A DNA stretch of 62,709 nt, filler included, from Thelocarpon superellum (lineage: Eukaryota): assembly GCA_026025795.1 (NCBI GenBank). It is 3 parts of 3 records of this genome, joined end to end, with 100 filler letters (N's around TTAATTAATTAA, not from the genome) between each part and the next. Parts side by side here need not be neighbours in the genome. Positions count along the whole stretch, not along the records: positions 21,035 to 41,851 come from JAPEUG010000318.1; positions 41,952 to 62,709 come from JAPEUG010000319.1; 1 more part is not named here. One strand, 5' to 3'. The notes beneath the pieces were generated by a model. The model had not been told where the DNA came from, did not search any database, and saw only the letters and a list, made by a program, of their open reading frames with translations. Shown here piece after piece: positions 37,582 through 49,189 of this stretch (position 1 is the stretch's first letter; every line of letters starts with the position of its first letter). Made by a program: the position numbers and the translations under genes.

Positions 37582-38985
37582 GGTGGCGATCTGGTGGTCG
37601 GTGAAGAGACGCTCAGTCACGCTACAACGTTGTTCGAACCACTTCCCAGCTCCTCGAGGGCTGTCCCGGCTTATGCAGACGCATAACTACATCAGAGTGG
37701 TGAACATGACGTGTCCCGGGTATGGGTATGGTGAAGGGGAGGTGCTGAAGATGACCTCGAGCTTAGGAGATTGCCGCGGAGAGCTCGACGCTGCTTGACA
37801 AAGCTCAATCGCGTTTCGATGCCTCCATCGGATTGGTAAGCGATCCGTACGCAAGAGCACGTGACTTTGCCCTTCCAGTGTTAAGCAATCCACTCCTCGC
37901 GCCCGGTAGTGTCTCAGTGGGTTGTTCCGCGGATGTCACGTGAGCATACCAGTACTGTTCAGTGGCATGGCTTCTGGCAGGCATGCACATCGCCACATTG
38001 CAGTCTCAACTGGCTGATTCGCGTTCCCTCGTGCCACAACGCGTGGCAGCAATGCCTTCATTTAATCCTGGGAGCGTCGTGGGATCCACAGGGCTGAGTC
38101 GGCATGCTCGTGCCTCGCGTATCTCCGTTGCCAGTTAGACCAGACACCACCCGCAGCATGGGGCTCGGAACTCGTAGGGAGCATTAGTGTCCGCACAAGT
38201 ACTCGGAATCGTACTTATGCCAGTGCTTGTGCGGTGCCTCACTACCACTAGCACTGGTGGAGCCTTTGGAGTGGAACTCGTGGCAGGAAGACAAGAAACT
38301 ATTGCTCTCACCCGCAATAGGCCATAGCACGTCCTAGGATGATAGGAGAGAGTGATCCTGGTGCTATGTTTGGAGCCGGACGACCTGGGGGGGGTGAAGA
38401 AGAGGAGCCGATCGGCGTCCCTGGCCGGTTCAGGCTGGCAACGCTAACGATTTACGTACTCGTAACGGTCGAAGGTTGTTGCAGCCGCCTCGTGGTCAGG
38501 CCGCCAGCGGGGCCGACCAGCCAGGCCGCGTCTCGCGTACCTGGAAAGGCGTCCCAAGCGACGCTTAGTGAGACACGGCCAACATTCAGGGGCATCTGTG
38601 CTTCCTTTCACCGCCCTAGAGACCCTGGTCTGACCACTCAGCGACCTTGCCCCTCAGCCGCCGACCAGGCGGCGAAACACGATCGCTAACAACATGGCCT
38701 TGTTCCGGAAGTCGGAAGGCCGCCGGAGCACGCGGGAGAGTGAATGGGGGGGGGTTATATGCCAATCCCTCCTCCATACCTCCTTTCACCTGTCACATTC
38801 TTGCTGCGAGCGCGCACCTCGTGCACCACACTCGTTTCCCTCATTGTCCGTCACTACCGTCGACCTTGGATCTTCTTCGCCTGTTGCTTCAGTCTCTCGT
38901 TGATCGTGGATGCGTTCGTCTTCAGCTCAAACAGAAGACAGTCACTCGTTGAAACTCTCTCGATAAACGGATCTCCCTCATCGTC

Positions 38986-40926
38986 ATGTTTGCCATGTCG
39001 TGGCTGCGCAAGTATGTGCTTCCAGCGGCCCTCGTTTATGCCAGCGCGCACGCTCAAACGTCGAGTGCCTGCGACCCGACGAAGAAGTGTAGGAGAGACT
39101 CCTGTGCATGATGCGTCTCGAACATGGACTGATTCTCCCCAGCTGGCTGCCCCGCCGACCCGGCCTTGGGCACGTCCGAGAGCTGGGACTTCACCAAAGG
39201 CGCCTTTCCCAGCTCGTGGACCCCGACCGGCGGCGTGCCGACCTACGATTCCAATGGCGTTTCCTTCACCGTTGCCAAGTCGGGTGACTCACCGACGCTC
39301 GTCAGCAACTTCTACCTCATGTTTGGCCAGGTCGATGTGGTCATGAAGGTCGCCCCGGGCCAGGGCATCGTCAGCGCCTTCGTCTTGTTGTCCGACGATC
39401 TGGATGAGATTGACTACGAATGGACGGGACCGGGGACCGCCACGGCGCAGACCAACTACTTCGTCAAGGGCGGTACGCCACCAGGGGTCAGCACGGGCGC
39501 CAGCTTCCCCAACCCCGGGTGCGAGACCGCCTTCCACAAGTACACGGTAACGTGGACTGCGGAGCAGATCACCTGGTTTATCGATGGCACCGCCATCCGA
39601 ACCATCACCGCGGCCGGGACCAACAACCTGATCCCGCAGACGCCGAGTCAAATCAAACTGGGCATCTGGAGCGGAGGCGACCCGGCCAACGCGCCAGGCA
39701 CCATCAGTACGTTGTCCCCCGAGCCTGATTGCTGATACACCAGGCTGACTCAACGGTGAATGATAGACTGGGCGGGTGGCGTAACCAACTATACCGCCGG
39801 TCCCTACTCCATGGTCGTCCAATCCGTCGATGCGACTGACTACTCGACGGGCACCTCGTACTCGTACAACGGAGAGTCGGGCTCCTGGTCGTCCATTGTC
39901 GCTGCGGGCGGTAAGGTGAACGGTGACAAGACCAGCTCCACGCCGGCCTCGCCCAGCCCCGCGTCGCCTGCCGGGGGTACTTCCACGTCAACTTCTTCCA
40001 CGAGCTCATCGACCGGAAGCGCAGCATCGTCTGGAACGTCGTCGGGCACGTCATCGTCGGCAGGATCGAGCGCATCCTCGGGACCGGCTGGCTCGACCAC
40101 CGGCGTCGCCTACACGAATTCGACGTCCTGCTCCGGCACGTCGACCGTGACCATTCCCTCATCGGGAAGCGGTTCCAGCACGTCGTGCTCTGGCACTTCG
40201 ACCTTGACCCTGACGTCCGGAAACGGCACGAGCGGCGCCTCTCCAACCGCTGGCTCCAGCCCGAACGGCTCGCCCATTGTGACGTACACCACCCAAGTCG
40301 TGACATCCTTCACCACCTTCTGCCCCGAGGCAACGACGCTCACCCACAATTCCGTGACCTACACCGTCACCGAGGCGACGACGCTCACCATCACCAATTG
40401 CCCGTGTACCCTCACCTCGGCTGTGACGGTGTCGCCCGTGCCTGCTAGCGTTGCCCCTACGCCCTCGACCACTCTCGCCGTCAGCACGTTCGGCCTGTTG
40501 AGCTCTTCCGCCGCGCCCGTCGCGTCGTCCCCTGTCCCTGTGTCAGGGGCGCCGGCACCTTCAAGCCCCGCCGTGGCCCCCATCTCCGTCCCGGCCCCTG
40601 CCGTCTCGTCCGCCGCTCCCGCCAGCGTCGCCACGAGCGCGCCGTTGGTCCCGCTTGGCACGGTCATTGGCCAAAGCTCCTACGCCAACACTACGTACGC
40701 GGCCGCTACGGCAGCGCCGACCCCAGTGGCTGCCAGCTCCGCGGCTCCCGTGGCTTCCATTCCCGTGGGCTCATCCGCCGCCGCGGTCGGCGGAACGCCA
40801 TCGAGCAATCTCACGACGTCTGCGTCACCTGCGCAAGTGACGACGAGCGCCGCGTCGGCCCTGCAGGGCACCGCGAGCCTGTGGGCGGCGGCGTCTGCCA
40901 TGTTGCTCGCTCTCCTTGTTCTGTAA
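38986..40926 (+). CDS. GPI-anchored GH16 chitin transglycosylase (Crh family) with long Ser/Thr stalk
   Basis: Signal peptide, [39 protein letters not shown] (EIDxE catalytic motif), PQTP...[12 protein letters not shown], hydrophobic C-terminus. Two introns. Confidence 0.93.
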
Positions 40927-41851
40927 AGCATTGCGTCTTGGGACTCAGGAGCATGATCAAGTCATTGGGAAGGGCACAACCATGCATGGGAATGTCGGGA
41001 AAAGAAGCGCTGAAGATGGGAGGGTGAGAGTGTGGCCGACGGCCATGCGTGCCAGCCCCATAACATTCGTCTACTGTAGCATATTTTATTAATTCTCCCC
41101 GGAAGCCCCAGCGACGATCTTGGGCTCGGCCTTAGCATACCACGGATCAATACAGGAACACAACTTTAGAGGCGTCGCGCCACCGCAGTAAATGTGCCAC
41201 GCCAGAATGGCAAGCAAGAGCAAGAAAACGGATGCAGGAGGCGTCGTTGAAGTAACGATGCAAGCAGAGAGCATCTTCGACAGGCTTTCTAGATAAGCAA
41301 GATGATGTGGGATTCGTGCAATCACGTAGGCTTGATCTCGTCAGCATTGTCCGGAGCTACGCAAGAACTAGCTTCAGTGCGGCACGTGTATAGGCACGTG
41401 ACTAGAGGTACTATACACGTCACGTGGCGTCCGTGACATTGTGTGGACAAAATTTTGATCGACTTCAGTGGATCCATTTCATGTCCGCTTTGAATATCTC
41501 ATGCTGTCCGTTGCACCATTTACGCGGGTAGGGTTAGACCGCTGGGCGAAGGAGACGGTGGAAGCGTCGCGACGTCGGAGAGAGCTTGGCAACAAGGACC
41601 TTCCCAGCAGAACAGACCTTCGAGAGCATCAAGCCAAGCGGGAGAAGGCAAGGAAGGAGGTAAATTCATCACATATCTCGATATTGCATGCAGACCTGGC
41701 TCGGTTTCCAGATTCTGTTGCACGTAAGGCGTCGTCCGAATCGATCCTGGCTCGGACAGTGAAGTGCACGACCAAGGTGGAATTGCTGTTGGCAGCAATT
41801 CTGGTCAGCATCCTAATTTCAGACGGGGCACCAAGCGAGTTGTAATCCGTA

Positions 41852-41951
41852 NNNNNNNNNNNNNNNNNNNNNNNNNNNNNNNNNNNNNNNNNNNNTTAAT
41901 TAATTAANNNNNNNNNNNNNNNNNNNNNNNNNNNNNNNNNNNNNNNNNNNN
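41852..41951. other. Artificial contig spacer N44-TTAATTAATTAA-N44
   Basis: Same 100-nt structure as 20935-21034. Confidence 0.98.
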
Positions 41952-42500
41952 GCGAGTTGCGAGTTGCGAGTTGCGAGTTGGGAAAGGCGAATGGCCTGCT
42001 ACGGGTCAGGAGTTACGGGTTGCGAGGGAGTTGCGTATGCGCCGACGGGCCACCGAGGCGAGACCCGCGCGGCCAGTGGACTCGTAACCCTTCACCTGTG
42101 TCGGTGATGGGTGAGCGCCACTATCGCCGCTCCTCATCCATTCTTCATTGCCTCGTCCACCTTGCAGCCCGCAGTCATCGATCACTGCAACCGGCCCTCT
42201 GACCCGTGTAGTCCTACGTGTTCGTGTACGTGCGTGCATCGACCTGGTTGCCTTAAGGCCTTCGCTGTCACCTGGTATGACGAGCGCTTGACTGGCTTGG
42301 GTGTGGCGGCCTTGCGAAAGTCGGCTGTGCCAGGCTGCGGTCCAACACCTCCCCTCCTTCGGCACCGCTTCGGCCACCTCTTTGTCGCGCGCACCCGTTG
42401 CGCCACTCTCCTGCACTTCATCATCATCGATCCGCTCTCGGCGTCTGCTCGTGCCCTAACGACTTCATCCCTTGGATCGTAGATTTCGTCGCCGCCCACG

Positions 42501-44109
42501 ATGGCGGACCCCAACGTGCCACGCCGGAAGCCGGTGCCATCGCGCACCGAGTACAATGAAGCCTGGGCCAAGGACTTGACGGATCGATTCGAACAAATGC
42601 TACGCACCCGACGAGTCACTTCACTGCGAGAACGAGATCGATCACGGTCGGGCTCGCCGGCGCCCAGTGAAGCGTCGTCATCATCATCCTCCAACCTTCA
42701 CTCCCGACCTACCTCCGTCTCTAAAGCGCCGCATTCTTCTTCCCAACATCCTCCTCGGACTTCGAGCTCGTCGAGCTCATCAAGCCAGGCGCGGCCCTTG
42801 GGACGGAGTGGTTCAGGGGCGACGCTGCCGCCGTCGTACTCCTCGCTCCGCAACCAAGTCAAGGTGCCATCGCCGCCGCAAGACTCAAACTCGTTGAAGT
42901 TTCGCAGCCTTCTCGTCTCCTTGTCCAAGACCCCGACCAAGTACGAGAACCCGGGCCTCTTAGATGAGGCATTGTCCGTCATCCCACTCGATCGGGTCTA
43001 CGGTGAGGCAGAGGAGGAGAGCCAGGTGCTCCAGGCGCAGGCCGAGAGCATGGGCGATGGCCGAAAGGCGGAATGGGGGTATCAAGACTGTGTCATCCGG
43101 GCTCTGCTCAGGTACGTTGGTCGTCATGCTCGGCTTGGGATCTCCTCTCACACCGATGCACAGATGGTTCAAAGGCACCTTCTTCACGTGGGTCAACAAT
43201 CCGCCATGTCCGACCTGTTTCGCCCCTACGATTGCACAAGGCGAATCACCGCCGACGCCGGATGAGTCGGCCCGTGGTGCTGGGAGTGTGGAACTTTACC
43301 GGTGCTCAGACGCGGAGTGCGGGACGTATGAGCGATTCCCGCGATACGTTGACGTCTGGACCCTGCTGCAGACGCGACGAGGTCGGTGTGGCGAGTGGGC
43401 GAACTGTTTCAGCATGCTCTGCCGAGCAGTGGGAGGTCGAGTACGATGGGTGTGGAGTTCAGAAGATCATGTGTGGACGGAGGTCTACTCCGAACACCAA
43501 AAGCGCTGGGTGCACGTGGATGCGTGTGAGGAGGCGTGGGACAATCCACGCATTTACGCAGAGGGTACGTCATTCTCGAGCGGAGCTGGATGGGGCGGAT
43601 CTAACAAGGACCAGGGTGGAACAAAAAGTTTGCATACTGCATCGCGTTTTCGATCGACGGCGCGTCGGATGTCACGAGACGATATGTACGGAACACCAGC
43701 AAGCACGGGATGCCACGGACCGAAGCGCCGGAAGAAGTGGTGCTCTGGATCATGAACGAGATCCGCGTGATGCGGCGCGACAAAGTGACGAAAGAGGAGC
43801 GGCGGCGATTGATCCAGGAGGACGAGCGCGAAGAGAAGGAATTACGTGGATATGTCGTGCAGGCGATCGCGGCCGATGTCACGGACATGCTGCCAGGGAG
43901 CTCGTCCTCTCCCCCTGCTGCCACAAACACCTCACCCACCACCCAGAGCGATGACCAGAAGATACCCGCGGCTGGACGGCAAAGTGGTGAGTCCGATGCT
44001 ACGCGGGAAGGGAGGCACGACGGGTATTGACCAGACGATAGGGTCACCCGAATGGGTACGCGCAAGAGGCGAAGACGGCGCGCAGGGATCACCGCCCGAG
44101 GGCCATTGA
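42501..44109 (+). CDS. PNG1: Peptide:N-glycanase (transglutaminase-like)
   Basis: [57 protein letters not shown] (C-H-D triad intact), [23 protein letters not shown]. Three introns. Confidence 0.95.
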
Positions 44110-44831
44110 GGGACACTCTTGTCTACTTCAGCATCAATCCATCGGATATCCTCACTTCGCCGTCGTCTCGCCCTTACATGTGATCCATCCTATGCGGAGG
44201 TTGCTGTCCGTTGTTATAGTCATCGTCATCGCCTGCATCGCCACCACCACCACCACCACCACCTCCACCACCTCCATCATACCGTTTCTACCACGTCACG
44301 GACATCGAACCTCTTTTCCACGCTCGGCTCAGATAATAGGGTATAACTTCAGGCGGGAGAACCAGCAGGGAGGGGACTGATTGATTGCTTGCGATGCTAT
44401 TTAAGTTTCCATTCGTTCACGGGTCAACGTCGGTCTGGGTCTCGGACGTTTGAAGTGTCTCGTTTCTCTGTTGCGTTCTTTTAAACTCTACTATACGTCG
44501 TCTCTACTCCGGAACCGGAACCGGAACTGGATTAGGCGCCATGCTGCACGGAAGAAGGGGAGATGAGGGATAGGGAAGGGAAAGCGAGGGGAAGGGGGAG
44601 CTTGTACCATATCAGTCGTACTACGTCTAAATCCGACAGGCCATACCCACGCCTATCACCTGACATCTTGCACACCATCATCGGCTCACACCTTTTGTGC
44701 GCATGGATGGGTAGCATCCATTCCATTCCATCTCCCTAAACCAACGCCTAGGTCGTTTCCAAGTCCATACTGACTGGAGTCATGGAATATTGAAGGAGGA
44801 CAATTCAGAGAAGAAAGCGAGAACGAGCATG

Positions 44832-45795
44832 TTAACGACGCACGCACTCTAGACACCGTCGCACGCTTGCCACCACAGCGCAGGTGTCGCACACGCGCCG
44901 TCTGCATCTCGTGCAGCGCCACCTTCCTCCTGTATTGTTGACATTGCTGATACCGGTGTTGGGTAGACGAGAGAGCGATGGCGCGGCATGGTCGAGGTCC
45001 ATCGCCTCGTGGTCGAAAACGATGTCGATATCGGTATCGAGGTCAATGTCAAAATCGTCGTAAGGATCGTCATGGGGAAGCGGGGCGTCGCAGTCTTGAC
45101 AGCCCAGCTCGTTGCCGATTCCAATGGCGGACATGTCCGTAGAAGCGGCGGTGGTGCAGGAGGGGGCAGAGGAAGAAAGGTTCCAAAAGGCATGAAGGGA
45201 CGCCTGTGTTGGCTTGGCCGTCATTTGTCGAGATGATCCAGAGCCAGATGCAGACGTCGAAATCATCGAGGGATAACAAGGCGTAGCCTCCGAGTGGAAA
45301 CTGGGAATCGGTGCATAGGGATGCTGCGCGCCGCGGTAGAGGATATTGAGCGTTGATTCTGAACCACACCACCAACGTCAGCAAGCGTGGGAGCTAGGCG
45401 GGAACGTGTCTCGTACCATAGACCGCCTCATCGTCGGGCCGATCGTCCCTCCATCGTTTGCGAGTCCTAGAGGGGAGATAGGACGGGAGAGCCTCGTGTG
45501 CAGAGCCCCACGCATCGGCCACCATTCCGCTTCCGACACCACCTTGCTCCATGTCATCCGCGAATCCGCCGACGGCGCGATCATCGTCATGGAGCATCGC
45601 GCATCTGACGTCTGTGCCGAAACCATGATGGAAGAGCTGCGACGTCGCAATTGGAGTGGGCGACGGACTGCTGGAGGTGCTGTCGTGCTCACGGTCACGC
45701 GTGAAGGGCCTGGAGAAGGAGGCGGACGTGATAGTAGAGGCGTCGGAGAGGGGCGAGGAGAGTGTGTACAGCGATCGTTTCCGCTTGTGTCCCAT
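44832..45795 (-). CDS. Hypothetical protein with PIP-box-like motif and C-terminal Cys clusters
   Basis: MGHKRKRS, LPSRTRKRWRDDRPDDEAVY, one intron near 45365-45415, QASLHAFW, CQDC...CTRC..VCDTC...CLEC. Confidence 0.75.
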
Positions 45796-46438
45796 GATGG
45801 ATCTGGCTTTCTAGATGGATGGGTAGATGGATGACATAGAATGCAGGCCCTGGTCATATATGTGGAGAGAGACGGTGTCGGAGTCGTGGTTGGATTGCTC
45901 GTGGCCCAAAGTCCTGGTGCTTGGGCTCGGTGAGCGGAGCAGCGGCACTTGTACCAGTACGACTATGGTGAGCACAACGTGTGGTACGCATACTGTGCGG
46001 AAGTACTTCGTACCCTTAAGTGGTGGCGGGAGAGACGCGACGCGACTGCTCGTGTCACCCGAGTTGCATAATCGCTGGTACGGTACAGAGTTCTCCCGCA
46101 CGAGGTATGGTCACCTCAGCACTCGAAGTCCCCTCTTGATATCGCAGCTTGCGATCAAATCACATGGAGCCCTCCCTGTTCTTCAGCACCATGAGCTGAA
46201 TTGTAGAGCCCCCCGAATTACCCACCCATATGTCTAAGTGGAACATTTCATATGGTGGCAGTAAGGCGCGGCGGAAGCTTGCACCCCACCGGCACCTGCA
46301 GGCCACAACGCTTAGAGGCCTGAAATAGTGCCTGAAGGGGGAAGAAGGTGGGGGATCAAGATGCTGTGGAGAGCCTTCGATGGTAACGCGGCGAAGTGCA
46401 ATCCCCTCGCTGTAGTCGTCCCACACATTGTCGTGATC

Positions 46439-47449
46439 ATGGCCGCATCATGGTCGGAGATGTTCCCTCCCAATCCGAGCTTCACCGAAGCCGACATCCC
46501 GGACCAGTTTAACCGCGTCTTCATCGTCACCGGCGGGGCGTCTGGCTGCGGCTTTGAGACGGCCAAGGCGCTGTTTCATCTCAATGGGTCCGTCTACATC
46601 GCAGGACGGTCGCCGCCCGAGGGGTACGGGGCCATCGAGGCAATCAAGGCTTCCGCGCCTGCGGCGCACCAGAGCGTGTTGGGAGGAAGAGGAGAGCTCC
46701 ACTTCATCCGCGTCGACATGGGAGATCTGTCGACCGTCAAAACCGCGGCGAACTTCTTCCTCGGCAAGGAGCGGCGACTCGACGTGATCTGGCACAATGA
46801 CGGGGTCATGATCCCGCCCGAAGGAGCACAGACGGCGCAAGGCTTTGACCTACAGTTCGGCGCCAACGTGCTGGGCCCCTTTCTCTTCCAGCACTTCCTT
46901 ACGCCCCTATGCCTCCAGACGGCCGCGCTTCCCGGGGTGCGCCCACATGCTACCCGTGTCGTCTTCGTCTCGTCCTCGGCCCATCGCCTCTCTCCCAAGC
47001 CGGATGGCGTGCAGTGGGACAACCTGAACCTCACGCAGCAGAAGGGTTTCCGTGGCAACGTGCGCAAATACGCGCAGAGCAAGGCGTTCAACGTGATGCA
47101 CGCGCATGAGTTCGCGCGGCGGTTTGGCCCGTCTGGACTGGTGTCGGTCTCACTTCATCCCGGCGATCTTAAGACCGACCTGCCGCGAAATACCCCGGCC
47201 TGGTGCCATGCCATCTTTGGTTGGCTCCGCTACGAGCAGCACTACGGTGGCTTGACGGAGCTGTACGCCGGACTCAATCAAGACGTCGATACCACGATGC
47301 TGGAGGATGGCGGGAAGAATGGCGCTTACATCTTGCCATGGGGTCGATTTGGCCACGGTGCGTCACACGTATTTGAGGGCTTGACCACCCGGAAGACTGG
47401 TGAACGAGCCTGGGAAGTGTGTGAGGACCTGGTCACGGAGTATACATAG
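46439..47449 (+). CDS. Short-chain dehydrogenase/reductase (retinol-dehydrogenase-like), intronless
   Basis: VFIVTGGASGCG, RLDVIWHNDGVM, VVFVSSSAH, YAQSK, SLHPG. Confidence 0.92.
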   Translation: MAASWSEMFPPNPSFTEADIPDQFNRVFIVTGGASGCGFETAKALFHLNGSVYIAGRSPPEGYGAIEAIKASAPAAHQSVLGGRGELHFIRVDMGDLSTVKTAANFFLGKERRLDVIWHNDGVMIPPEGAQTAQGFDLQFGANVLGPFLFQHFLTPLCLQTAALPGVRPHATRVVFVSSSAHRLSPKPDGVQWDNLNLTQQKGFRGNVRKYAQSKAFNVMHAHEFARRFGPSGLVSVSLHPGDLKTDLPRNTPAWCHAIFGWLRYEQHYGGLTELYAGLNQDVDTTMLEDGGKNGAYILPWGRFGHGASHVFEGLTTRKTGERAWEVCEDLVTEYT

Positions 47450-47626
47450 AGATGGCCCGCACATGTAGATATTTTAGTAATCTTTGAGCGTTCCCCTTGC
47501 ATATGACAGGCGTCTGTTCGTCTCATGAAGCTATCAAGGTGGGGCAGCTCCGCGACCTCTGAAGTCAAATCCTACCCCACCAACGCTACGATCCTTCCCC
47601 ACACGACCTCCGGAACATCGCTCACC

Positions 47627-48772
47627 ATGACCGCCCGAGAAGCAAGCCATGCCGGATCATGGTACTCGGCATCGGGATCAACGTTGTCCGCCGAACTGGA
47701 CGGCTGGCTGCAGCAGGTTCCCGGGAGTGTGGACGGGTTAGGACGCCTGCCCGTCTCAGGAGCGCGAGTCATCATTGCCCCGTACTCCCCCTTCCTCCCC
47801 TCACCTCCACCATGTATCGCAATCTAACATCACCCCCAGACACGCTGGATATGCATATTCGGGCCCCGCGGCCGCATGGGCATATAAATCCCTGGACCTG
47901 AGCCAAGCGTCTCTCCCCCCTCCATAACCTTTGGGGAGAAGCGCGACTAAGACAATCCCAGCAAACGAATCTTCCTCCTCGGCCCCTCCCACCATGTGCA
48001 CCTCTCCGGCCTGGCCCTATCAGCTCACAGCACGTACACGACGCCGCTTGGAGCCCTGGCGCTCGACACTGCCACCATCTCCGAGCTGCGCGCCACAGGC
48101 AAGTTCGAAACGATGTCGCCCGACACCGACGCCGACGAGCACAGTCTCGAGATGCACCTTCCCTACATCTACAAGATGCTCTCTCTGCACTTCGGCCCGC
48201 CTAGCGCCCACCCGCCGCTCATCCCGCTCCTGGTCGGCGCCACCCGGCCCGACACGGAGCGCAGCTACGGGCAGATGCTTGCGCCGTACCTGGCGGACCC
48301 TAGCTCCGTCTTCGTGATCAGCAGCGACTTCTGCCATTGGGGGTCGCGCTTCAGCTACACGTACTACCTGCCGTCGCTGGACGTGAAGTCGCCAGCCGTG
48401 CCGCCGGGCGGATACACCCTGTCGCGCAACCCGCCAGCACGCCCCGCCATCCACGAGAGCATCTCCGTGCTCGACCATCGCGCAATGGCGTCCATTGAGG
48501 CTGGCTCGCACGCCGACTTCCTCGCGGAGCTGCGCATGACTGCCAATACGGTGTGTGGCCGCCATCCGATCGGCGTCATCATGGCTGCGATGGAAACGGT
48601 GCGCGCTGAACGTGAGGGCGGACCAAGTGCCGAGGAGGGAAAGGGGGGGACGGGAGAGGACGGAGAGAAGAAGGCGAGGCACTTCCACTTCATCCGCTAC
48701 GAACAAAGCAGCGCCTGTGCCACGCTGAGAGATAGTAGCGTCAGCTATGCGAGTGCATACGCGGTCATTTAA
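47627..48772 (+). CDS. MEMO1: MEMO1 family protein (Mho1-like)
   Basis: [68 protein letters not shown]. Introns 47782-47839 and 47909-47961. Confidence 0.95.
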
Positions 48773-49189
48773 TCGGTCGATCTCGTCCTCTTCCTTCGAT
48801 GCTCCCTTGATGGGAGAGAAGGTTGACAGAGGTGAATAGACCTAAGATAAGACGCCTCGCCATGCATCCGTCTGCTCCCAGTATTTCCGTAAAACATCAA
48901 ACACCGGCCCCATCGCTCGCCGTCGCTCGCCGTCGCTCGCCGCTTGTGGGTCATGCGGTACGTAGACAAATGACGACGCCTTGCTGACTTGAAGATGCCG
49001 ACGCCGATGAAGACGCTGTAACAAATGAAGAGTAGCAAATAAGACCCCAACTCCAATCAGTGCACGTGGGGTATGAGTCGTGGCGAGGCGTAGTCCGAGT
49101 CGGTTCGTTTCATACCGAGTCACCTGGACCGACTCGGGTAGCGAAGGAATGAAACCAAAGGAGAAATCGAGAACGGCACCACCACACAT

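Noticed and set aside
41089..41845. Short ORFs at the end of contig 2
   Set aside because: No homology cues, non-ATG starts, and no consistent splice model.
43381..43530. Possibly inactive PNG1, as described for Neurospora
   Set aside because: Catalytic Cys (RCGEW), His (EDHVW) and Asp (HVDAC) are all present.
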